33,431 nucleotides of DNA, taken from contig OMJI01000280.1 of assembly GCA_900299315.1 (NCBI GenBank), forward strand, positions 1 through 33,431, read 5' to 3'. The stretch comes from Verrucomicrobiota bacterium (lineage in GTDB: Bacteria > Verrucomicrobiota > Verrucomicrobiia > Palsa-1439). Shown piece after piece: positions 1 to 8,263 of this stretch; position 1 is the stretch's first letter; every line of letters starts with the position of its first letter. The translations under genes were made by a program, and so were the position numbers. The notes beneath the pieces are model-generated. The model did no database searches. It saw nothing but the letters and a program-made list of their open reading frames with translations, and was not told where the DNA came from.

Positions 1-965
1 CAGATTTCCGTCGGGCCTTTCTTGAACGATTGCAGGTGATATTGCAGGTGGTCGAAGATCACGCCGGAGAACGTGTGATAAACGCCGTCATCGATGTAGT
101 AGCACAGCTTCCCGTCGCGGCGGGCTTTGCCGATGATCTTCGAGATCGCCGTGCCGGCCGACGCCACCATGAACCGACCGGGTTCGGCGAGGATCTGGAT
201 GTCTTTCGGGAACAGCCGGTCGATCTCGCGGTTGATGAGCCGGGCGAGGTCGCGGAACGGTTTCACCGTTGCGTCGTACGGGGCCGGGAAGCCGCCGCCG
301 ATATCGATCAAGTTCATCTTCGCGTAGCCGCGGTCTTTCGCTTCCCGGAAGATGTTGGCGGCGAGACTGAGCGCGGCGACGTAATTCTCAAAGTTCGTCG
401 TCTGGCTGCCGACGTGGAAGCTGAGCCCCTCGACGGTGAGCCCGGCTTCGTGCGCCGCGAGGATGAGATCCACCGCCTCACCGGGTGCCGCGCCGAACTT
501 GGAAGAGAGTTCCACCATCGCGCCGGTATTCGGCACCTTCAGTCGCAACGCCAACCCGGCACGGGGGGCGTACTTCTTGATCTTCTTGATCTCTTCGAGG
601 TTGTCGTACGTCACCAAGGGCCGGTACTGATCAAGTTCCTGGAGTGTCTCGGTCGCCTTGATTGGGTTGGCGTAGATGATCTTGTCCCAAATCCAGTCCT
701 GCCTTTCCTTGGCCGGCAGGTCCTTGATGTACTCGTACACGACCCGGAACTCCGGCAGGGATGCCACGTCGAAACTCGCCCCGGCCTCGAACAGCGTCTT
801 CACAATGGCCGGTTCGGGGTTGGCCTTCACGGCGTAGTAGGCTTGGACGCGCGGCAGGTACTTCTTGAACACGGCGTAGTTCCGCCGCAACTCGGCGTGG
901 TCCACCACGAACAACGGCGTGCCGTGTTCCTTGGCGAGCTTCTTGAGTGCGCTGCGTGAAATCAT
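1..965 (-). CDS. Fold-type III PLP-dependent ornithine/lysine/arginine decarboxylase (3' end outside the window)
   Basis: Not in the ORF track because it has no stop in the window. Manual translation from ATG at 965 gives MISRSALKKLAKEHGTPLFVVD...YYAVKANP (PLP Lys), FDVAS, LSFHVGSQ, IDIGGGFP, AEPGR, YYIDDGVY. Starts 1 nt after the homospermidine synthase stop. Confidence 0.92.
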   Translation of the reverse strand, partial: MISRSALKKLAKEHGTPLFVVDHAELRRNYAVFKKYLPRVQAYYAVKANPEPAIVKTLFEAGASFDVASLPEFRVVYEYIKDLPAKERQDWIWDKIIYANPIKATETLQELDQYRPLVTYDNLEEIKKIKKYAPRAGLALRLKVPNTGAMVELSSKFGAAPGEAVDLILAAHEAGLTVEGLSFHVGSQTTNFENYVAALSLAANIFREAKDRGYAKMNLIDIGGGFPAPYDATVKPFRDLARLINREIDRLFPKDIQILAEPGRFMVASAGTAISKIIGKARRDGKLCYYIDDGVYHTFSGVIFDHLQYHLQSFKKGPTEI

Positions 966-966
966 C

Positions 967-2424
967 TCAGTTTCCGTCCGCGATCAGGAAGTTCTTGAAC
1001 TGCCAGACATCGCTGCGGTCGAGGCTGGGGTCGTTGTAGCCATTGAAGGCGTTCGTGTAGTGCTTCAGCGGCGTCCAGTCCGACGGTTTGGAGATGAACT
1101 TGCCAAGGTAGGGCTTGGAGACCTTGAGGATGTACTCGTGCGGCAAGTCATCCGGTACCACCACGCCCCGGGCGGGATTCTGAATCATCCACATCGTCGC
1201 TGCGATGACGGAGATGGCCACCTGCATCGTCGTCGCGTTCTGGTGCGGCACGAGCCGACGGGATTCCTCGATGCTCAGGTCGCTGCCGGTCCACCATGAG
1301 TTGAACGGATGTCCCATCAACAACGCGCCGAGGATGTCGGCGCCGCTGGTGATTTCATCGTTCAGGATGCGTTGCTTCTCCGGTAGCTTGTAATCGTAGC
1401 CGCGCAACTCGTTCAGTGACGCGATCGCCACGTCGGCAGGGCAGTACGCGTAATGCACTGTCGGCCGGTAAACCGCCTTGCCGCCTTCCCAGACCGTGAG
1501 CCGGTCGGAGATCGTGAACGCCTCGCCGTGGCGGACGACCATGCCGTGGATGCAATAGTTCGGCACCCACGACCGGACCCAGGTGTTGATGCCCATGCGC
1601 GCAAGGCAGATCTGGTTGCGCGGACCTTCGGCGTGTTCGTAGGCGAGGGCCGGCAACTCCTTCTCGTGCGTGCCCCAGCCAAGTTCAGCCGTCGTGGTGC
1701 CTTCCTCGCGGAAACCCTCGACGCTCCACGTGTTCACAAACTCGTTCACCTGCTTCGGCTTGTTTGTGATCTGCGTGTCGCGCTCGCTGCAATGGATCAC
1801 CTTCACGCCCAGCTTCCACGCGAGGCGATTGAACTGCTGGTCCTTCATCGACTGCTGAATTTCCTCGGCCAGCGCCCCGGCAACCTTCTTTTCCGCCAGC
1901 GCCCGCTTGCCGATGTCCAGCAACCCTTGCTTGGTGAAATGCGAAATTAGCCCTGGATTCGCGCCATGCTCCAGCACCGCCGTCGGGCCGGGGTCGGACC
2001 ATCCGCTGATCATCCGGCGCAAATTCATGTGCCGCCAGTAGAGCGTCATCTTCTGCGGTGGCGCGTCCTTGGCGTTCTCGTACGGGTCCCAAAGTTCGAC
2101 CGACGTGTTGATGTAGAGCACGCCGTTGTCGTGGCACCACTGGAGGATCTCGCAACAATCGATGTTCCACGCGAGGTCGATCAGCACGTCACCGGCGCCG
2201 AGATATTTCCCAAGCAGCGCCCCCATGTTGTCGCGCGTCACGCGCTTGCGGAGGAACTTCACGCCCTTCGCAATCCACGGTTTCAGAATGCCGCGCCGGT
2301 CCTCGAAATCCATCACCGTCACATTCTTCAACGGCATCTTGATGTGCTTCGCCAAAATCGGCAACGCGCACTGCGCCACCGCGCCATACCCGACAAATAC
2401 AATTCGCTTGTTGAACGAAATCAT
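967..2424 (-). CDS. hss: Homospermidine synthase (saccharopine dehydrogenase-like)
   Basis: Rossmann VGYGAVA, EHGANPG, NTWSVEG, HGEA and HYAY motifs. Start set to ATG 2424, which has AAGGAG upstream; the ORF-track extension to 2652 overlaps the divergent gene. Confidence 0.92.
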   Translation of the reverse strand: MISFNKRIVFVGYGAVAQCALPILAKHIKMPLKNVTVMDFEDRRGILKPWIAKGVKFLRKRVTRDNMGALLGKYLGAGDVLIDLAWNIDCCEILQWCHDNGVLYINTSVELWDPYENAKDAPPQKMTLYWRHMNLRRMISGWSDPGPTAVLEHGANPGLISHFTKQGLLDIGKRALAEKKVAGALAEEIQQSMKDQQFNRLAWKLGVKVIHCSERDTQITNKPKQVNEFVNTWSVEGFREEGTTTAELGWGTHEKELPALAYEHAEGPRNQICLARMGINTWVRSWVPNYCIHGMVVRHGEAFTISDRLTVWEGGKAVYRPTVHYAYCPADVAIASLNELRGYDYKLPEKQRILNDEITSGADILGALLMGHPFNSWWTGSDLSIEESRRLVPHQNATTMQVAISVIAATMWMIQNPARGVVVPDDLPHEYILKVSKPYLGKFISKPSDWTPLKHYTNAFNGYNDPSLDRSDVWQFKNFLIADGN

Positions 2425-2530
2425 TTCATCTCCTTGAAAATTCGCCGCTGCATATAGTCGGAAACCGCCGCGCCTGACAAGTGCGAATTGATTGCTTTTG
2501 CGGTGGGGTTCTGTTAGGGACGACAACGCT

Positions 2531-3613
2531 ATGGGCGAATTCGATGGGCTGTTTTGTGACATGGGTAGTCTGGCTCGTTTGTCGGCGGCAAAGACGCGGT
2601 CCATCAGCGCCGAGAACTTTACCGGTGAAAAGAGTAAGGGCGGCATGGCCACGGAGGGTACCGGCCAGAACTGTGCGCGCGATCTCGGTCAAGGTTGGAA
2701 AATTTCTCCGTCGGTCAGCATCGCGCCGGGCACGACGTTCACGCTGGCTGACATCAACGGGCCGGGCGCCCTCCAGCACATCTGGATGGCTGGCACCTGG
2801 CATCCCCGCTTCAACATTCTGCGCATCTACTGGGATGGACAAGAGCAACCCAGCGTTGTTTGTCCCCTCGGCGATTTCTTCTGTAACACGCTGGGTCGGT
2901 ATGTCCCCCTGAGCTCACTCGCCGTCTGCCTCAACCCCGGCAGCAGCGGCGCGCTGAATTGCTTTTGGCCGATGCCGTTTCGGAAGCGCTGCCGGATCAC
3001 GATCGAGAACATTCACACCGAGCCGGTCGTCTTATATTACCAGATTGACTATGCGCTCGGGCCGGTCCCGGAAGAGGCTGTGTATTTCCACGCCCAGTTC
3101 CGCCGGGTTAATCCGCTGCCTTACAAGGAGGTGTGCATGATTGTGGATGGCATTCGCGGTCGCGGTCAATACGTTGGCACGTACTTGTTTTGGGGCGTCA
3201 ACAACAACGGTTGGTGGGGCGAAGGCGAAATCAAGTTCTACATGGATGGCGACAAGGAGTTCCCCACGATCTGTGGCACCGGCACTGAGGACTACTTCCT
3301 CGGCGCCTACAACTGGGATGTCGGCGGCAAGTATGTCGAGTACAGCGGCCCGTACGCCGGTATGTTCCAAGTCTTGCGACCGGACGGCACGTATCAGTCG
3401 CAACACCGGCACGCCATGTATCGCTGGCACATTCCCGACCCCATTCGCTTCGACCGTGATCTGAAGGTCACCATCCAGGCGCTTGGCTGGCGGAGCGGTG
3501 GCCGGTATTTGCCGATGCAAGACGATATCTCCAGCGTTGCCTATTGGTACCAGACTTTGCCCACCGCACCTTTCCCGCAGTTGCCGGACAAAGATTACCT
3601 CGAGATCATCTGA
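2531..3613 (+). CDS. DUF2961 / glycoside hydrolase family 172-like protein
   Basis: SISAENFTGEKSKGG, GPGALQHIW, WPMPF, WWGEGE, GTGTEDYF and YRWHIPDPIRF motifs; no signal peptide. Start chosen at the first ATG. Confidence 0.85.
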   Translation: MGEFDGLFCDMGSLARLSAAKTRSISAENFTGEKSKGGMATEGTGQNCARDLGQGWKISPSVSIAPGTTFTLADINGPGALQHIWMAGTWHPRFNILRIYWDGQEQPSVVCPLGDFFCNTLGRYVPLSSLAVCLNPGSSGALNCFWPMPFRKRCRITIENIHTEPVVLYYQIDYALGPVPEEAVYFHAQFRRVNPLPYKEVCMIVDGIRGRGQYVGTYLFWGVNNNGWWGEGEIKFYMDGDKEFPTICGTGTEDYFLGAYNWDVGGKYVEYSGPYAGMFQVLRPDGTYQSQHRHAMYRWHIPDPIRFDRDLKVTIQALGWRSGGRYLPMQDDISSVAYWYQTLPTAPFPQLPDKDYLEII

Positions 3614-3697
3614 CGGGTCGCAGTGAACCGGTAGAGTCGCTCCTTACGACCCAGCTTCTGGATTGGCGAAACGACGCACTCTGTGTACAACCGACGC

Positions 3698-5020
3698 ATG
3701 GTGACCGGGAATCGCAGAACGCGTTGGCGCAGCCGGCTCTTCGCGCCCATCGACGGTGCGTCGCTGGCGGTGTTCCGGATGTGTTTTGGCGGCATCATGC
3801 TCTACGAGATGCTGGCGTTTCTGTTTTCGGGTGACGTCTATTGGCACTTCGTGGCGCCCCAGTTTCACTTCTACTATCCCGGCTTCAGTTGGGTGAAGCC
3901 GTGGCCGGGGTGGGGGATGACGGTGCATTTCTGGGTCTTGGCGGTGCTGGCGGCGCTGGTGATGGTGGGGCTGTGGTACCGGGTCAGCATCGCGTTGTTT
4001 TGCATTGGCTGGACGTACGTCTTCTTGCTCGAAGCGACGGAATACCTCAACCACTTCTACCTGATTTGTCTGATCAGTTTCCTGCTGATCTTCATACCGG
4101 CGCATCAGGTCTGGTCGGTGGACGCGTGGCGGCGGAAACGGGATCCATTCGTGCCGGTGTGGAGTTTGTGGTTGCTGCGGGCGCAACTGGGCATCGTGTA
4201 CTTCTACGCCGGTGTCGCGAAGATCAATCCGGACTGGTTTCGCGGCGAGCCTCTGCGCTCGTGGATGACGGAGTTGACCCACCGGCCGATCTTGGGCGCG
4301 CTTCTTCATGAAGAATGGATGGTGATGCTCTTTGTTTACGGCGGATTGATGCTGGATTTGTTCATCACGCCGCTGCTGTTGTGGCGGCGGACGCGACCGG
4401 TCGCCTTTGTGGCGGTAAGTGTGTTCCACCTCACGAACGCGACCGTCTTCGGCATCGGCATCTTCCCCTGGATGATGCTGACCACGACGTTTTTGTTTCT
4501 CGAACCCGGTTGGCCGCGGCGACTGGTCGCCCGCCCTGCAGCGGCCGCCGTCCCGGCGGCGTTTCCCTATCGGCCCCGGACAGTTCAACTGCTGGCGATC
4601 TATCTGGCGCTCCAAATCCTCCTCCCGCTCCGGCATTTCCTTTATCCCGGTGAGGTGAGTTGGACAGAAGAGGGCCACAAGTTTTCGTGGCACATGAAAC
4701 TTCGCCAGAAAGAAGCGACGGCGAAGTTCTGGGCCACCGACCGACTGACGGGGCGGACGTGGCTGGTCGCGCCTGAGGATTACATCACCCTCCGGCAGTA
4801 CGTCCGCATGTCCACGCGACCAGAACTGATTCTCCAGTTCGCTCACCACATCGCTGAGGATGAGGCGCGGCACGGTCGCGGCGAAGTCGCCGTGCGCGCG
4901 GAAGTCGTCGCTTCGCTCAACTCGCATCCGCCGCAGGCGCTGATCGATTCGAATGTGAACCTCGTCGCGCAAACCGATTCGTGGCGACCGGCGGCGTGGA
5001 TCGTGCCCTTGAAGGAGTGA
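3698..5020 (+). CDS. HTTM-domain / vitamin K-dependent gamma-carboxylase-like membrane protein
   Basis: DGASLAVFRMCFG, YLNHFYL, VYFYAGVAKINPDW, FHLTN, IGIFPW, WTEEGHKFSWHMKLR; several hydrophobic segments. Start uncertain (3683 GTG or 3698 ATG). Confidence 0.85.
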   Translation: MVTGNRRTRWRSRLFAPIDGASLAVFRMCFGGIMLYEMLAFLFSGDVYWHFVAPQFHFYYPGFSWVKPWPGWGMTVHFWVLAVLAALVMVGLWYRVSIALFCIGWTYVFLLEATEYLNHFYLICLISFLLIFIPAHQVWSVDAWRRKRDPFVPVWSLWLLRAQLGIVYFYAGVAKINPDWFRGEPLRSWMTELTHRPILGALLHEEWMVMLFVYGGLMLDLFITPLLLWRRTRPVAFVAVSVFHLTNATVFGIGIFPWMMLTTTFLFLEPGWPRRLVARPAAAAVPAAFPYRPRTVQLLAIYLALQILLPLRHFLYPGEVSWTEEGHKFSWHMKLRQKEATAKFWATDRLTGRTWLVAPEDYITLRQYVRMSTRPELILQFAHHIAEDEARHGRGEVAVRAEVVASLNSHPPQALIDSNVNLVAQTDSWRPAAWIVPLKE

Positions 5021-5022
5021 CC

Positions 5023-6060
5023 ATGCGCGGTCGTGGCGCTGCCGAGAATCCGCCCAACCGGTTCGAGTTGCTCAGCGTCGAACGCGATCCGGCCAGTGAC
5101 CAACCGGAAGCTGTCGGGCTGCACACGCAGTTCTACCGGGATAACTCCCGGTCAATCATCACCTACAACGACAGCCCGGACATTCCTTTCAACGCCAGCC
5201 TCAATCCATACCGGGGCTGTGAGCACGGTTGCGCTTATTGCTATGCCCGGCCGTATCACGAATACCTCGGCCTCTCTCCCGGGCTCGATTTCGAAACCAA
5301 AATCATCGTGAAAGAAAACGCGCCGGAATTGTTGCGGCGTGAATTGTCATCCCCGCACTGGAAGCCTCAGACGCTGTCGCTGAGCGGAGTCACCGATCCG
5401 TACCAGCCGGTCGAGCGCACACTTCAGCTGACGCGGCGCTGTCTCGAAGTGCTCGCGGAATTCCGCAACCCGGTCGGCATCGTGACCAAGAACCAACTCG
5501 TCACACGTGATCTCGATTTGCTGGCTGAGCTGGCGAAGTACCGGGCCGCAGTTGTTTACCTCAGCATCACCACGCTTGATGCCGAACTGGCCAGACTCAT
5601 AGAACCGCGAACCACCCAGCCAGCCGCCCGGCTCCGCGCGATCAGCGAGTTGGCGCACGGGGGTGTGCTGGTTGGGGTCCTCGTTGCACCTGTCATTCCC
5701 GGCCTGACCGACCATGAACTGCCGGCGATCTTGAAAGCGGCGGCGGACGCCGGCGCACGATTTGCCGGTATGGTGCCGCTGCGGTTGCCTCACGCGGTGA
5801 AGGACATTTTCACCGCATGGCTGGAACGAAACTTCCCCGATCGCCGCGAGAAAGTACTCGGCCAGATCCGGTCGCTGCGCGGCGGTAAACTGAACGAGGC
5901 CGCCTTCGGCAAGCGCATGACTGGTGAGGGGATTGTCGCGGAACAACTCGCCCAACTCTTCACCGTCGCGAACCGACGGGCCGGTCTGGCGGATTCGAGT
6001 CCGGAGCTTTCCGCTGCTTCATTCCGGCGACCCGGTGGCCGGCAGTTGGAGATGTTTTGA
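5023..6060 (+). CDS. PA0069/Rv2578c-family radical SAM protein (spore photoproduct lyase-like)
   Basis: RGRGA N-terminus, NPYRGCEHGCAYCYAR (CxxxCxxC), TDPYQP, C-terminal QLEMF. AAGGAG RBS lies at the end of the upstream gene. Confidence 0.9.
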   Translation: MRGRGAAENPPNRFELLSVERDPASDQPEAVGLHTQFYRDNSRSIITYNDSPDIPFNASLNPYRGCEHGCAYCYARPYHEYLGLSPGLDFETKIIVKENAPELLRRELSSPHWKPQTLSLSGVTDPYQPVERTLQLTRRCLEVLAEFRNPVGIVTKNQLVTRDLDLLAELAKYRAAVVYLSITTLDAELARLIEPRTTQPAARLRAISELAHGGVLVGVLVAPVIPGLTDHELPAILKAAADAGARFAGMVPLRLPHAVKDIFTAWLERNFPDRREKVLGQIRSLRGGKLNEAAFGKRMTGEGIVAEQLAQLFTVANRRAGLADSSPELSAASFRRPGGRQLEMF

Positions 6061-6063
6061 GGT

Positions 6064-6135
6064 CTACTGGCAGTAGCACTGACAGCCCGTGAGAAGCACC
6101 GGGATCAGGAGCAACAGGAAGGGGAAGAGTGACAT
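6064..6135 (-). CDS. Putative 23-aa micro-lipoprotein MSLFPFLLLLIPVLLTGCQCYCQ
   Basis: Manual translation of the intergenic gap: hydrophobic stretch, LTGC lipobox, TAG stop. Candidate promoter TTGCCA-17-TATCAA ends 8 nt before the ATG. Confidence 0.5.
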   Translation of the reverse strand: MSLFPFLLLLIPVLLTGCQCYCQ

Positions 6136-6176
6136 GGTGCCGGTTGATAGCAGGCACCGGCAGGCTTGGCAAGCGG

Positions 6177-6809
6177 TCACCGGCGGACGAAGGTTAAGAC
6201 GTCGGAGACGACGAACTGGAATTTTCGCTCATGCTCCCGGATGAGAAACGGCAGGTCGCGTCGGCGCTTGAGGACGAAGGCCGGGGCCAGAAGCTTGGGA
6301 AGTTCCCCGGGCTGAATCCAATACCGGCGGGCCGTGTATTGCGTGAGCCAGGAGTAGGGCGTGGCCAAGACAAGTTGACCGCCGGAAAGCACTAACTCCG
6401 GCAGGTGGGCGAGGAACTGCCGGGGGTTCGGTAGCCGGCAAATCAGGTTTACGGCGAGCACCACGTGATATTGGCCGGTAACGGTCATTGCGTCGCCGAC
6501 GCGGAACTTGATGTGCCGGGACTTGGTGTGTTGCCGAGCGGCGCGGATGAATTGCCGGGAGTTGTCGATGCCGGTGGCTTCATCGACGACTTTGGCGAGT
6601 TCGTGTGTCAGTCCGCCGACAGCGCAGCCCAAGTCGAGTCCGCGTGTTGGACTGGAAAAGTGGAGCGGCAGGAGACATTCCCGGACGATCCGGCGGTGGA
6701 AGTGGAACGCCGCCTTTGGCGCGAACGGGTACGGACAAAGCTCGCGAGGTGAGCCGTAATGGAAGAGCAAATATTCCGCGAGGTACCGGCGCGTTTCGTA
6801 GGGGTTCAC
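6177..6809 (-). CDS. Class I SAM-dependent methyltransferase resembling the OvoA C-terminal (mercaptohistidine N-methyltransferase) domain
   Basis: NPYET..LAEYLLFHYG N-terminus, LDLGCAVG motif I, NLICRL, TPYSW, FLIREHERKFQ. GTG start overlaps the upstream stop. Confidence 0.8.
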   Translation of the reverse strand: MNPYETRRYLAEYLLFHYGSPRELCPYPFAPKAAFHFHRRIVRECLLPLHFSSPTRGLDLGCAVGGLTHELAKVVDEATGIDNSRQFIRAARQHTKSRHIKFRVGDAMTVTGQYHVVLAVNLICRLPNPRQFLAHLPELVLSGGQLVLATPYSWLTQYTARRYWIQPGELPKLLAPAFVLKRRRDLPFLIREHERKFQFVVSDVLTFVRR

Positions 6810-7930
6810 AACGCAACGCTCTTCACGAAGTCGGTGGGATTGTAATGTTCGATGAGCAGTTTCTCAGTGCCACCCTTGTGGAGCCAGACGCCTGTGACGT
6901 CGATCTCCGGGGTTTTGTGGGGCGCGAATAGAATGTCCTCGTGAGTCGCGTTGCGTTTGTTGAGGAACTTGGCCGGGCCGAGCGAGCCACCAAGATGGTC
7001 GCTGCGGCCAGTGGCGACGTGGAACGTGCCGAGAATCTTCTCGTCCTGAATATCCGCGCCTGCGACCGGCAGGTCTTGAGTTCCCAATCCGAGTTCGCCC
7101 AATTCGCCGGTGGCGGGATCGCTGCGGAATCGTTCGAGTGCCGCATTCACCGTGGCTTGCTCGCCGCGGAGGAGGGTGACGTCCTTGACCCGGCAATCCG
7201 CAACATGCATGACGCCAAGCGTCCCGTCCTTGAACCGGTGGGGAAACTGGCCATGCGCACCGGTCGGCACCCAGTAGATTTCTCCCGCCGGCAGATTTGC
7301 GATTTCGCCGGGCGTGCGACAGAGTCCGTGGCTCTTCTGCGCTTCCTGACGGCCAAGCTCCAGCGTCAGCCGGTAGCGCTGGCCGAGCGTGTCGAACTCG
7401 ACCACCACGTCGTCAGCCCGCGTGAGTGCCTGCCGGAAGCGTTCGGCTTTTTGGGAGACATCGTTGTAATTCTTGGAGAGACCGGTTTCGAGGATGATGC
7501 GGTTGCAGCCGTGCATGGTGGCGCCGCGGAAACCGAGTTGCTTGGCAATGGCCGTGATGGGAGCGGTCGCCGAGTAGGTGCTGAGATAGAGAACAATGTC
7601 GAGGTTCGGCAGGATCTCGTTCACAAGATCCAGACTTTGGCCACGGAGATTGTAAGCCACCGGCGGGAGGTCCAAGTTGCTGCCGCCGGTGGGTTCGTAA
7701 GCGTAGAAGCTGACCGCGCTGAGACCAAGTGCAGTTCGTTCATCCAGCAACCGCCGGTAGAACACCTCGTAGGCGATGCGCCGCGACGTCCACGGGCGGT
7801 CGTTGAGGAAATTCAAGGTGGCGATATCTTGTGGCCTATCGAGATCGATAAACACTCCCACGCGTTCGCCCGGGCGGGGCGCGAAGACGGTGGTCATGAG
7901 TTGGGACAGATCAAAGTTCAATTCGTGCAT
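6806..7930 (-). CDS. M29-like (thermophilic metalloprotease / aminopeptidase T) family protein
   Basis: NLPAGEIY, GELGLG, QDEKILGTFHVATG and THEDILF metal-ligand pattern; GAGGAG RBS. Confidence 0.75.
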   Translation of the reverse strand: MHELNFDLSQLMTTVFAPRPGERVGVFIDLDRPQDIATLNFLNDRPWTSRRIAYEVFYRRLLDERTALGLSAVSFYAYEPTGGSNLDLPPVAYNLRGQSLDLVNEILPNLDIVLYLSTYSATAPITAIAKQLGFRGATMHGCNRIILETGLSKNYNDVSQKAERFRQALTRADDVVVEFDTLGQRYRLTLELGRQEAQKSHGLCRTPGEIANLPAGEIYWVPTGAHGQFPHRFKDGTLGVMHVADCRVKDVTLLRGEQATVNAALERFRSDPATGELGELGLGTQDLPVAGADIQDEKILGTFHVATGRSDHLGGSLGPAKFLNKRNATHEDILFAPHKTPEIDVTGVWLHKGGTEKLLIEHYNPTDFVKSVAL

Positions 7931-7992
7931 GGGAATCTCCTCGGCTAGGATGAAGTGAATCGCCCCGTGGTTTCAAGCGGACAAATTAGCGG

Positions 7993-8020
7993 TTGAAAAA
8001 TTTCGCGCGGACGGTACTCT
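7993..8020 (+). promoter_or_regulatory. Sigma-70-like promoter for the tRNA
   Basis: TTGAAA-16-TACTCT, 16 nt upstream of the tRNA 5' end. Confidence 0.55.
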
Positions 8021-8036
8021 TCGACGCGCTTTCGGA

Positions 8037-8111
8037 GCCAGGGTAGCTCAGTGGTAGAGCAGGGGACTCATAAGCCCTTGGTCGCGAGTTCGACTCTCGC
8101 CCCTGGCACCA
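8037..8111 (+). tRNA. tRNA with CAT anticodon (elongator Met or lysidine-modified Ile2; not initiator)
   Basis: Acceptor stem GCCAGGG/CCCTGGC, D arm GCTCAGTGGTAGAGC, loop CT-CAT-AA, T loop GTTCGACTC, encoded CCA. The G1-C72 pair argues against fMet. Confidence 0.95.
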
Positions 8112-8202
8112 TCTTTTCCCGTATTCGAGGATGCAACAGTGCAATCCTGCGAAACATCTCACTTCTCTCCCGCCAAAACACCAAAAATTCGTGGTTTTTC
8201 AT

Positions 8203-8219
8203 CTGGCAGCGTGACTGCT
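8203..8219 (+). promoter_or_regulatory. Candidate sigma-54 (-24/-12) promoter
   Basis: CTGGCAGCGTGACTGCT has the exact GG-N10-GC spacing, about 45 nt upstream of ATG 8264, after an AT-rich tract. Confidence 0.5.
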
Positions 8220-8263
8220 TGGCAAGGAGGTGTTCGTTCAAGGGAAATCAGGGAAAGGATACT

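Noticed and set aside
30-959. 309-aa plus-strand ORF
   Set aside because: Antisense shadow of the minus-strand decarboxylase, which has all the family motifs.
5960-6172. 70-aa minus-strand ORF in the ORF track over the same gap as the micro-ORF
   Set aside because: TTG start, overlaps the radical SAM 3' end by about 100 nt and has no features; the 23-aa frame fits the gap and has a lipobox.
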